In this document: positions 12,301 to 24,938 of the stretch, piece after piece
How the letters are laid out: every line of letters begins with the position of its first letter
How positions within the stretch are numbered: position 1 is the stretch's first letter
Source: Sporopachydermia quercuum
Lineage: Eukaryota
Length of the DNA: 64,000 bases
Reading direction: 5' to 3'
NCBI GenBank assembly: GCA_001599295.1
Contig: BCGN01000001.1
Location: forward strand, 1,364,001-1,428,000
Made by a program: the position numbers and the translations under genes
Notes under the pieces: generated by a model
Databases searched by the model: none
Told to the model about the DNA's origin: nothing
Seen by the model: only the letters and a program-made list of their open reading frames with translations

Positions 12301-13359
12301 TAATGATAACAGGATAACCGTACTGAGCAACAAAAGCTTCGGCTTCTTCGACAGTTTCAATTGGACCAGGAGTACCAGGAATAATAGGTACGTCATTCTC
12401 GATTGCCAGATTTCTGGCAGAGACCTTATCACCAACGGCGTCAATAACAGTATGAGGAGGACCAATCCAAGCCATACCAGCTTCTTCTACCTTTCTGGCA
12501 AATTCAGAGTTTTCGGATAAAAATCCGTAACCAGGATGAACCATATTAACACCATGACTCTTTGCAATGCTGATGATTTCGTCAATTTGCAAATAGGCTT
12601 GAACTGGAGAATATTGACCTTTTTTACCAATGACATAGGCTTCATCAGCCTTTAATCTGTGCATGGACAATCGATCTTCATGGGAGTAGATAGCAGTTGT
12701 GAAAATGGACAATTCATGGGCAGTTCTGAAAATCTGTTTACAGTTAGTATTTGAAAATGGGATTAAGAAGCAAATTCTCAATGGGTAGAACGATGAGTTG
12801 TTTTATTTGTTGAATGGGTTGAAGCATATTTGCGAGCTGAAAAACACAAAAATTTTTGAGATTTCCGATTCTTTTCTCGGGAATATAGTATATTCAACAG
12901 CCATTACAGCTTCTTTCTTGTTCGCAATATATGAAAGTGAATTGGCTGTTCGGTAAGAAGACGGCGGGGGTATCTTGATAGCAAGCAAGCATCAAGCATC
13001 AATCTAAAAACAAACTATCGAACGTCATATTTCTCTTATTCATAGATATAAACTCACTCTAATAGCTATTGATAATTGTTAGTATGCATGTATATCAGAC
13101 GTACCTATAGAACCGGGACAAGCTACTATGTATGCCCTACCCTCAGCAAAGAGAACCTACCAATTTCACCACGGTTTGCAACTAAAGCAATTTTTGTTAG
13201 TGTATTCATTTCCATTAGCAAAATTCGTCATCAGATTAAGAGAACCAAATCGACTATGAAAGTTTTTCAACACATACCTAAGATCTTATTGGCGCTTCCG
13301 CCCAACAAGTTGTTTTCCGATCGGATGTTTCCAAAGGATTTATTATGAGCAATTGACAT
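9314..13359 (-). CDS. PYC1: Pyruvate carboxylase; exons 13359-13278, 13181-13161 (21 nt), 13065-13058 (8 nt), 12733-9314
   Basis: BC, CT (RDAHQS, HVHTHD) and biotinyl (AMKM) domains. Splicing restores NKILVANRGEIAIRIFRTAHEL. Confidence 0.96.
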
Positions 13360-13780
13360 GATGAACTGATTATCTTCGATATCCCTCAACCTCCAATATC
13401 TAGATGGTCAAAACAGTAAAATTCAATCAGGTCAATTCCCAAGTATAACTCCAAGTATAACTACCGCTGATCACAATATCAGTTCCTTGTTACCAAGAGT
13501 AATGAATGTATTGTATGTACAACTGAAGCTGCCTGTTAAAAACTAAGAAAGATTTAAAGTAAGAAACAATAGAAAAGTTAGGAAGTGCTAACTGTCAACT
13601 ATTGTGTGAAGGGAGGTAGGAAAAGTAAAAAGGAAGAAGTCACTTTTAAAACAAATAAATAAAAGAAGGAACAGAAACTCAAAAGGTGTAGAAACATCCT
13701 CCCAGCAGCTTTTGCTTGACGAAGTCTTGTACGTACAATTTAAAGTTTGGAGGTTCTTTCTGCTGGCTGGATAAAGTTGG

Positions 13781-13824
13781 AAATTTAATCTTCCGTTTTT
13801 GTCCCGAAACGGAAGATTAAATTT
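13781..13824. repeat. Perfect 18-bp inverted repeat with an 8-nt spacer, upstream of PYC
   Basis: AAATTTAATCTTCCGTTT (13781-13798) and AAACGGAAGATTAAATTT (13807-13824). Confidence 0.9.
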
Positions 13825-16800
13825 TTATGTACCGAAATGTTTGGCTTTTGTGGGTTTTTGAGGGGGTTGTTGAGAGGGTGAAGTGTGAGTCCAGGAAGAA
13901 TTTGGGACAATAGAGAAGGCAAAAGCCTGGTTTAGCAGAAATTGGAAATATGACAGTTATTAGTAGTTTAATGTGTAGCTTTATAATGTTTTTGCTGACT
14001 GATGTTGTTTAGAGAACATTGCAACAAGAAGCATGAACTCTTCCTCAGTAATGTAGAACAACCTCTAATTGACTAGAAATGTACGAAAGAAAAGAAGATG
14101 CAGTTCAGGTTAGCAAATAATTAGTGCAAGAAGAACAAGAAGATTTTTTGTCAATTATATTGGAAACTCTAGAACCGCATTTGATCTTTTGATTTTTAAT
14201 TATTTGAAATTATTCAAGCAAGAAAAATGATTTATTCAATTTCCAAGGAAGGTATTTATATGCTATCCTTTGAAGTAAACCAATTAGAGGTAGATGTGGT
14301 AACGTAGTACTGTACAAATTAAGGCGATAGCAAATTTGCCAGGTTTAACTATGTTGAATAGGAGAAATAATGAGGTTTGTACATTCTTCAAGTGGTTCAT
14401 TTTCATAAAGCTATTACTAAGGTGACTGATCAAAACATTTTGTAATCAAGAATTGAAAGTCCAGTCAGCATTGACTGCTTGTTCAATTGCTAATTATTTA
14501 TATACATGAACCATCAATCGAGTTCATCTGGTAAAATATCTATAGGTTCTTTAGAGATTGCGTACAGTTGGTCCTATGCGAAAATGAAGTAGCTTTAATG
14601 AATCAGCAATTGGCTATAATCATCAATGGTAGGTTTCAATGAACAATCCGAATAAGAGATCTGAATGATTGCATATTCTTGGTATTAGAATTCAAGTGAA
14701 TTGAAATGCTGAAAATTGTTCTCGGCATTTGACTCTTATGTACTAGATGAAATGTAACGATAGAATTAGATCTTTCTCTTTCTTGCTCTGTTACTTAATG
14801 AATGCCGAGTAGTTTCATTCCATCGGTATATAATTTAAGGTTCTACTGGAGTAGCAGCAAACTCGTCAAAAAGAACTAAATTACACTTTAAGAATGAACT
14901 AAAATGCAATCATGCATGAAGTCGCATATGGCATGCATAGTAAACTCAATGGCCATCAAGAGATAATATCATCCTTTGCTATTCGATTGAAAATAAGAGG
15001 AATGTACATGAATATAATCGTTGTAGTCCGTTTATGTTAACTGGTGATAGTGTTAAAAGAAAGACTTGGTGTTAAAGAGCTCCTGCTGATGTCATTTCAA
15101 ATAATCTTTGAAGCGATGAATACTGTTGATATTATTCTGATGTTCAGACAGCGAATGTTCATCTGATGGTTGCTTCCTGTTATCAGAGTTTAAGTTTGGA
15201 TGAGGTTAAGATGAGTTATTTCAATGACCAATGAGACGGGAATAATAAAGAAGTATCTGATTGATTGATGAGTCTGGAATAATATTAAGTAAAGCCTTGA
15301 ATATTATCTGACCCGGTATTTTGGTCTTTTGATATCAAGCAAAATGAAGGAGGATCATGAATTGAAGTTGCTGTTCGAAAGTTGAGCAAAGAAATCATTA
15401 AGCAACTGTTTGCCCGAGCGACAGACAACCGTGGACAGTCATTCCATTTCAATAAGTTTAATCCCTGATATCTTTTCTAAAACTAGAAATATACGTAGAA
15501 GCATTAGAATGGAATGATTATGCAAACAAAAAGAATATTCACTTGTTCTTAATCCATGGGAATTTGATCAACAGCTACAGCGTTAAACAAGTTTGCTTTC
15601 AGTAGGTAATACTTCTTGTTCATAGAACCAAAAAATCAGATTTAGATATCTTAGAATCTTCGTCTAGAGCTACTGTTGCATATTCAGCTCTACTCACACT
15701 TCATCATAAATGGCAAATACTCATCGAATGATACTAAGTTACCACGGCAATTATAATATGAAGGTACAACTGATATGATACTATTATTCTTTCAATAGCT
15801 CTTTAACTTCCTATCTCTGCCCTTTCTTTTTGGAAAACTTCCTCTCAGTATGAATTTCTTAGAAGGCCGTTTGGTTCCAAATGAGTAAAGTCCTTTCTCA
15901 TCCGACTCGGCATAGAAAATCGTCCGATGAAGAATCCTTATAAATAAAGTCATACTTCCTTCACCATTTGCACACACTGATAGCTTTAAAACAACTACAT
16001 AACAGTTCTGCCTATACTCTAGTCAGAACTTTCTAATGTATCTTTTTCAATTTAATCCCTCCTTCTCATCGCTCCTTTTATGATTGTGAAATCTTACTTC
16101 ATCTCCTTCATCCTTATCAGTAACTTGAGGTATCGAACTTTATGCATGACACCTGTATCTCTTATGTGGTTGCAAGTATACTTAAGGAGTTTAAACCTTA
16201 AACGAGATACACACCCGATGTTGGATAATAAAAAGGCTAATAAGCAATTGAGAAATTTTTGGAGGAACGAATGATATTGGCTATCTTTTGCAAGTGATAT
16301 ATAATGGGATTCAACGTTTCTTGAATGGCTGGTACAGTGGTGTTACAATTGGTTTATTCAAACGTATATTGGCTGGCACAATGGCTCCTATGTTCATGAG
16401 ATTCTGCTGATCAAACATTCAGACTGATCATAATATTGTAAGGTCAATTGACCTTATGATTCATTTTTACACATTGTGTTGCAGACAGTGGAAGAAAAAT
16501 AAACAAAAATTATTGTTTGAGTTCTATTAATCCCAACCTGCAAAGTTCAAATAAAAGTTATAATTTTTTTTGGTGAAAGACTTATTGAAGTATAAGCTCG
16601 AGAAAGCTAATTTGTTTTCAACGCTTTGACAGTTTTTTTTAGCCTTTCAACGTTAATAGGGCACCGGATCAATTTCCAGGATTCCACTTACCTTTTAAGG
16701 AATTGGGCCCGAGTAATTTATCCAAGGTTGAATAACCTCTTCAAGCACCGTTATACGATCGACCCCAGATGGCCGCAACCATTGAAAGAGTGGATGAAAA

Positions 16801-18185
16801 GCCAGACAGAAGTTTTTCGACTCAAAGGGATACTACTGTAATTAATTGATAATTGTTAATAGTGATGCTATCAAACTTGAGTCTTTATAGCTACAAAACG
16901 AAATGGAAATTAGGATACTCAATAATTTTTATCTTGCTGATGTTCAGATTCATGTAAAATCTATCGTCTAACAAAGAATGCTTACCAGTTCTGGTAAGTT
17001 ACTCGAGGTTGTGTCATCTTATTTGTTTCATAGTCAGCTATAGTTCACCCTTACCCAATGACTCATAATTCGCTTGGCCCGAAGAGATTAAAATATTTTT
17101 CTCTAGTCCGTTCAATTGCTCACGTATTCTAAATGAGGCTACCTTTACATTGTGTTATCTATTGATCCCATTAAATAGGCATATTTGAATTATTGATCAC
17201 CAAGACAAATACAGCAAAGAACACTTTTGAATTTCATTTATTCTCATACATTGACTTAGCTACAAGATAATAATTTTTTGGATATTCATTCATGCTCTTT
17301 GAAATATGCTAATCGGTACAATAATGATGGACGGAACTTGTTTCCATAACTATAAGTTTTCGAGTATGAATAAATAAAATCAAAGTGATTCATTCAATGT
17401 AAGGAATGTTGAGATCTTTTCTCTATTGCATTTGCTTATAAACTTCTCCGTAGCATTGGCGCATAGAACGATTTTTCAACCAAACTATTTACATGAAAAG
17501 TTCAGGTTTCGCTAGTTGTGAGAGTATGAATTACTGATTACGCGATTTATCACAATAATTATTTTTTAAATATTACGTTATCATTATTGAAAATATTAAA
17601 CGATTATCTCATCTTCAAAAACTCTATAAAGTGATTAGATCATCCTATATTAGTAAAAACAGCATCCAACCACTATTAAAAAGATCAACTCCTAAAATCC
17701 CTATATGCCTGGTTATTCGCTTAATACTACTTTCTAGTAAACATTATCAAATTTTAGATTTAACCATTTAGGCATGAAACCACTTCAAAACTCGTATTAG
17801 GACAAAATTGATTCATTCCTGATGCTTCCCAAGCAACTTTTATCCACCTTTGTGCTGTGCTTTCAATTAAGTCCCTCAAGAAATACAAGACCCTTTTGGC
17901 TTCTTAGGTCTCATCGTAAGGGACTGAACTCCAAGGCTGCATGCAACCAGCAAATTCAACTTCGTTATCACTTCAACCTCTTTCTTTATTGTAATCAATC
18001 ATAATATTGTAACTGATTCTATGGTTTAACACCCAAACTCTTCAGTAAAACATTCGTTTACGAAACATTTTGATAAAAACATCTCCTACTAAACATATCT
18101 CACGGTCAACTGCTTTTGCAACTGCATTTAATCAGCTTTCACTGATTGATTATTGAAGTGAACAAAGCAATTGGTAGGGTGAAAG

Positions 18186-20788
18186 ATGGGTAACAAAGAA
18201 GCCATTTTCCGTATGTTTTACGATTTTTCTGTTATGATCACATTTCCAATTCAGTGATTCTTATCTTACTAACTTTCTTAGGCTCTGCGGAAATGTCTTT
18301 AGTTCAGTTCTACTTTTCAACAGAAATTGGCAGAGAAGCTATTTATGGATTGGGTGATGTTGGATTGGTTCAATTCCGTGATTTGAACTCCAAAGTCAAT
18401 TCGTTTCAACGTAACTTTGTCAAAGAAATCAGAAGATTGGATAACACTGAGAGACAGCTCAGATTTCTTGCCAATCAAATCATTGAACATGATTTGGAAG
18501 TGAAGGATTATCCTTATGAAGTGGATTCTATTGTCAAGCCTAGTGAAATTGATGACTTGGTGGAAAAATCTAATGCATTAGAAGAGCAAATTAAACAATT
18601 ATTAGAATCTTCTGAATCGTTACAAAAGAAGCAGATGGAATTGCTTGAATTGCAACATGTTTTAAAAGGTACTGGGCAGTTTTTTCAGGATTCATTCAGA
18701 TCTGACGGTAACGGTGAATCAAGTAGTGAGACTCCTCTGCTATCAGATAGTCTTGAAAACGGAAATGGTGATGTATCAGGTAACGGAACAACAGCTACTG
18801 CCAATGCTGCTGCAAATGCTTTACGTAATGTTAATTTTGTTGCTGGTGTCATCCCAAGAGATAAGGCTGTTGTTTTAGAAAGAATTTTGTGGAGAGCCTT
18901 AAGAGGAAACTTGTATATGAATCAAGTTGAGATTGATGATCCTATTTATGACCCTAAATCAAAAACGGTTATTGATAAGAATGTGTTCATTATTTTTTCT
19001 CATGGCCAAGAGATTATTGCTAAAATCCAGAAAATATGCGAAGCTTTAGATGCTGATTTGTATAAAATTGATGCCAATGCTACTGCAAGAGCTGAACACT
19101 TAGAAGTTGTCAAGGGAAGATTATCAGATATCAACGCTGTACTAGACAATACAACTTCAATATTAAATACGAAGTTATCATTAGTTGGCGAACGACTTGA
19201 AAAATGGTTTACCATTATTCGAAAGGAGAAGTCCATTTATTCAGCTATGAATCTGTTTCTTTACGATAAGAATCGTAAATGTCTAATTGCTGAAGGTTGG
19301 GTTCCAACAGACGATATTGGAGTAGTATCAAATACTCTCCGTGATATAACTGAGTCATTAGGATCAGAAGTGCCATCTGTTGTGAATGTTTTGGAAACAA
19401 ACAGAACACCTCCTACTTATCATAAAACTAACAAGTTTACATTAGCATTCCAAAACATTATTGATGCTTATGGTATCGCAACATACAGAGAAGTCAATCC
19501 TGGTTTACCCACTATTGTCACATTCCCATTTATGTTTGCTATTATGTTTGGGGATATGGGACATGGATTTCTAATGTTCCTTGCTGCATTAACATTGGTT
19601 TTGAATGAAAAAAAGATTGGTGCTATGAAAAACAGAGATGAAATCTTTGATATGGCATACGTTGGTAGATATATTGTATTACTAATGGGAGCCTTTTCAA
19701 TGTACACTGGTTTCCTTTACAATGATTTATTCTCTAGGTCTATGACTTGGTTTAAAAGTGGATGGGCTTGGCCTCAACATTGGGAAGCTGGTGAGCAAAT
19801 CGAAGGTCATCAGGTTGGTGTTTATGCTATTGGTTTAGATCCTGCTTGGCATGGTACTGAGAATGCATTATTGTTCTCTAACTCTTATAAAATGAAGTTA
19901 TCTATTCTTATGGGTTATACTCATATGTCATATTCATACATTTTCTCCTTAGTTAATCATATCCATTTCAAATCTATGATTGATATTGTTGGTAACTTTA
20001 TTCCTGGTTTATTGTTCATGCAAGGTATCTTTGGGTATTTATCTTTATGTATAGTCTACAAGTGGACTGTTGATTGGGTCCATATTGGCAAGCCAGCTCC
20101 TGGTTTACTGAATATGCTTATTTCTATGTTCCTTTCTCCAGGTTCAGTTGAAGAAGAGCTTTATCCAAATCAAGCCACGGTTCAAATTTGGCTTGTAATC
20201 ATTGCATTGATCTGTGTACCATGGCTATTGTTAGTAAAGCCTTTATACTTCAAGAGAAAGTTTGAAAAAGAAGCTCAATATCATGCTTTGCCAAATGAGG
20301 AAACTGGCACTGGTGGTTCCTCTGGAGATGCGATTGAAGATGAGGCAGCAGGAGGCGATCAAACATTCATTCCTGATGATGATGAAGAGCATGAAGCCCA
20401 TGAATTTGGAGATATTATGATTCACCAAGTTATCCATACTATTGAATTCTGCTTAAACTGTGTCTCTCATACTGCATCATACTTACGTTTATGGGCCTTA
20501 TCTTTAGCTCATGCTCAATTATCCACAGTTTTATGGTCTATGACTGTTGAAGGAGCTTTTGCCATGACAGGTATTGTCGGTGTTATTATGACCGTTATTT
20601 TGTTTGGTATGTGGCTCATTTTAACTGTAGTTATTCTTGTTATCATGGAAGGTACTTCTGCTATGTTACATTCCCTTCGTCTTCACTGGGTCGAAAGTAT
20701 GTCTAAGTTTTTTGAAGGTGAAGGAAAACCATATGAACCTTTCAGTTTTGAACTTATTTTGGATCAAAGTAGCCTTACTGAGGCCTAG
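18186..20788 (+). CDS. VPH1: V-ATPase V0 subunit a; intron 18211-18281
   Basis: Spliced N-terminus MGNKEAIFRSAEMSLVQF; FPFMFAIMFGDMGHG and SHTASYLRLWALSLAH motifs. Confidence 0.95.
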
Positions 20789-22787
20789 ATGCTTTTGACT
20801 GGTTTACTTTAGGTCGTCTTGTCTATCAAAGCTTCAATTGTATAGAAAAATACCTATAGGGCTGATATGAAAAATAAATACTGATCTCTCATTAAAACAA
20901 AAAGATATAGTTGTATGTAGTATATTATTGGTCTACAACTCTAAATTAACCCAGGATCTCTATAGATCTCTATAGATATCTGACAGAGAAGTATAGACAG
21001 TGATTGACTCCGGAATTGAAACAAAACTCTCTTTATCAGATACTTCACATTTCATAGCAATACATTTTGGATGATGTTGAAGACTTCCAGTTCTTATTGA
21101 ACGGTAACATCAAAATCAATTGCTGTTCTGTATTCTTCGATTTTAAATTTTTAATAGTGAGCTCTCGAGATGTTGTAATCACTGAAATACATGTCTTCAA
21201 AACTCAACGGTACACGTGTGGAGATGTCCCATGTGCAGTAGCTTGCATAAAACAATAAACTTTAATAAAACTTTATTCTTGGACTCGGCAAAATGATTAC
21301 TTCAACGACTTACATCTGCTTTTAAATTGGGTACTCTGACATGTTGTTTCCATTTGGAGTTTTATTGTTTTCAGCATATATATTATTAGCGGTTACATTC
21401 TTACTGTTTACTCAACGTAGGAACACTTTGGTCAATTATTTGTTTCATTCCTCTGAAGACGCCCTACCCCAGAAAGCCAACACCAGTTTTATTGAAAACT
21501 TCCGAATTCGTAAGTCCACAGAAACCTCAAAAGTTTCAAAGGCTCAATCTTGGAAGTTAAAGTGAAACCTTAAAATTGGCCCTTGGATTTCGATGTGAAG
21601 AGAAATTCGGGGGAAAACAGTGGATACAAAAAATTATTACTGGAACAAATACTCAAATATTCAATGTTGTAGAACTTCGACAGTAACTAAAATACTCAAT
21701 CACTAGTTTTCCTGCTTACTCTTTGTTAAAGGTTGTGATTTCCGCCCACTAGTAATCGGAGAGAAAAAAATGCTCGGTGAGGTGGAACCACATAATGGGT
21801 TAGACATACAGTAAACTGTCAAAAATTACCAATATGTGTATTTCGGGTAGAACATAGTGTCGTTCGTTATAAATATCTAAGTTTTACCTTACATTTCTGT
21901 TATTATATTTTTATATTTCATAGATTCTCTTTTCTCTTAGAAATGAAGAAAGTAGGATGAAAAACACGAAGGAGCTAAATGAAATCACGTTTTAAATCAG
22001 AGAAGTGTAATTGCAATGTTAGTTTAACATGCTCTCTTCTCAATGCTCAGATTTCATCATTCGATAATAAGTTAGAATCCAAATTTACCTATCATCAAGT
22101 ACTAGTGTCCAGAAAACTGTCTGATTCATTTTGGTTTCTCTTCTAATCTTTCTAGCTCATTTTTATAATTTCTCACAGTAAAACTCAATTCGTTTCACTT
22201 TCATATGTTTATGCGCAGCAATGCAGAAATTCCGAAAACGTTAAAAAATTGTTTGTCTCTGCCTGTGGATGGTAAAGTGGCATCCAAGAGCTATTTGCTC
22301 CAACCAGTTCGTCGTTTTCATTCCATATATACTTTATTAAACATAGTCAATAAATAAAATAAAGACTAATAAGCTGTAATCAAGTAAACTATAGCTTATA
22401 ACGAATTATTAAACGCTAAGAAGTAAGCTTCCGATAGTTAAGAAAGACAGTATTGATATTTTCAAGAAAGCTCAATGTATCTAATGAGTGAACTCTTTAA
22501 TACAACAGACAAACCATTTATTCCGGTGGTATAGAGATATAAATTACCTTGATTGAAATTGAAAAAGCAGTTGAAAAGTGCAGTTATAAAAAAAAACAGG
22601 ATACTAGCAACATTTTGTTTGGTTTTCATTAGTCCTAATACTTAACTCAACTGATTTGTATGCTCCTATCTTCATCAATCAGTTACATGAGTCTCATATA
22701 TTTTGCAGGACATTAACTCAAATAAACAGCCTTACATTCGTTTGACTATTAAAAACTATTTCCACTAGTATATTTTAAATCTTCACA

Positions 22788-24695
22788 ATGGAATTAAGGG
22801 AGTCCATTAACTTCACAACCGTCAGGTTTCTACTGGTATTCCTGCTACCGATATTTGTTCGAGCATCACCAATAACCAAGAACACATTCTTCAAAGCTCC
22901 GTCAGATTTTACAGATGATTCAAAAAAGAAAGCGCCTTTGGACGATTTAGAACTACATTTGTCAATATTTGTTAATTTAGGATTGTCTCTAATATTAGTT
23001 CTACTTGGAGGAGCATTTGCTGGTCTAACTCTAGCATTAATGGGTCAAGATGAGGTACATTTACAAGTTATAAAGGAGTCAGGTACGGTAACAGAAAGAC
23101 GAAGTGCAGCTAAAGTTTTGAAACTTTTAGAAAGAGGAAAACATTGGGTTCTGGTTACGTTGTTGCTAGGTAATGTTATCACTAACGAAACGCTTCCTAT
23201 TGTTCTTGATCGCTGTCTAGGTGGAGGTTGGCCAGCAGTATTCTTCTCCACAGTGCTAATTGTGATTTTTGGCGAGGTTATTCCTCAGAGTGTTTCAGCA
23301 AGATATGGCTTATCTATAGGTGCATTGTGTGCCCCTTTTGTTCAATGGCTCATGTATATTCTATATCCTATTGCTTATCCTACAGCACTACTATTAGATA
23401 AGGTGTTAGGTGAGGATCATGGCGTTATCTATAAACGTGCAGGACTTAAATCATTAGTAACTTTACATGAACATTTAGGACAAGGTGTTGAAAGGTTGCA
23501 CCAAGATGAAGTAACAATTATTAACGCAGTGTTGGATCTAAGATTCAAAACTGTAGGATCAGTATTAACACCTTTGGAGAACGTTTTCAGTCTATCAGCT
23601 GATACCATCCTTGATCAGGAAGTCATTGAAGATATTTTGGATAGAGGACATTCTAGAATACCTGTTCACGCGCCAAACGAGCCTCATAATTTCATAGGAA
23701 TGCTATTAGTCAGAATTCTCATTTCCTACGATCCTGAAGATGCTCTACCAGTTTATTCGTTTCCATTGGCAAATTTGCCTGAAACGAGACCTACAACCAC
23801 ATGTCTTAAGATTCTAAACTATTTTCAAGAGGGAAATTCGCATATGGTTCTTGTGTCTGATCATCCTGGTGAAAATTATGGTGCTTTAGGTATTCTGACG
23901 CTGGAAGATGTCATTGAAGAACTCCTCAATGAAGAGATTATTGATGAGTCTGATATTTATGTTGATATCAGTCATTCAATCAAACGGGATCATCCACGAC
24001 CATTAGCAAAGAAGAACTACGCTGAATATTATGAAAATGTCAGACGGGCAAGCAGTCTGAGTATCGATAGACCTAGTTTCAACCATGACATGTTTTCTCA
24101 TGATGTGTCAAAGCATGTCATCAATGAAGAAACACCATTAATCAGGACAACTCATGATGATCCAGGACCTCCCTATCCAAACAAAGAAATGAAACTGTCG
24201 GAATCAAGTATACCATGGAAGAATTACTATACGAATAACGATAATGAATCTGAAGGAAAAAGTGCAACTATTGAAATAGCTGATGATGATGATGCACTTA
24301 TAGGAACAGCTATTGGTACCCCTATCACACCAAGTACTAGCAATTCCGTCCCTAAACAAATTACAAATAGCACAGCGCGCACAACTCCAAAATCTGTCGA
24401 TAACACTATCGCTATTGAACAATCTGATCAGCATTTAACTGTTGCAAGACCAGTAAGTGTTGATTCGGGATTCTCCTACATTAAAATCAAATCTCCAGTT
24501 TTAAGGCCGAATAAGAAAATTCAGGACTCGGATTTCAAACCTTTGGCTATTTCTACTGCTATTAAAGATAGTGCATTGAAAGAACTAAGAGCATCCTTCT
24601 ATGCTCGCACATGTGCTAAACCTGTGACTACTTCTAAACCTCCGAAAGGAAGCAATGGGAAAGACTCAGAAAACAACCCTCCAATAAAAGTGTAA
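22788..24695 (+). CDS. MAM3: CNNM/DUF21 plus CBS-pair membrane protein (Mam3-like)
   Basis: GLTLALMGQD, LLLGNVITNETLPIVLD, GHSRIPV and GILTLEDVIEELL motifs. Confidence 0.9.
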   Translation: MELRESINFTTVRFLLVFLLPIFVRASPITKNTFFKAPSDFTDDSKKKAPLDDLELHLSIFVNLGLSLILVLLGGAFAGLTLALMGQDEVHLQVIKESGTVTERRSAAKVLKLLERGKHWVLVTLLLGNVITNETLPIVLDRCLGGGWPAVFFSTVLIVIFGEVIPQSVSARYGLSIGALCAPFVQWLMYILYPIAYPTALLLDKVLGEDHGVIYKRAGLKSLVTLHEHLGQGVERLHQDEVTIINAVLDLRFKTVGSVLTPLENVFSLSADTILDQEVIEDILDRGHSRIPVHAPNEPHNFIGMLLVRILISYDPEDALPVYSFPLANLPETRPTTTCLKILNYFQEGNSHMVLVSDHPGENYGALGILTLEDVIEELLNEEIIDESDIYVDISHSIKRDHPRPLAKKNYAEYYENVRRASSLSIDRPSFNHDMFSHDVSKHVINEETPLIRTTHDDPGPPYPNKEMKLSESSIPWKNYYTNNDNESEGKSATIEIADDDDALIGTAIGTPITPSTSNSVPKQITNSTARTTPKSVDNTIAIEQSDQHLTVARPVSVDSGFSYIKIKSPVLRPNKKIQDSDFKPLAISTAIKDSALKELRASFYARTCAKPVTTSKPPKGSNGKDSENNPPIKV

Positions 24696-24938
24696 TTATA
24701 TTAATAGAACATTGAACAGATATTGATTCTTAAGTGAGTAGGTTACTACTGTAATCTTCTCGGTATATATAATGTTTAACTCAATACAATGGAATGGATA
24801 TTCAGAACTTCTTTGTAAGGGCAAAACAGCAAAGGAAAGAGTTAATAATGAATTCTATTTCACAAGCAGTATATTTTCTATTTAACATGAGACTGATATT
24901 ATCATCATTATTGTGAGTATATATAGCATTAAGAATTT

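Noticed and set aside
16258..16410. FGGTND peptide resembling SGNH-hydrolase block III
   Set aside because: Short, bounded by stops, and no other SGNH blocks are visible.
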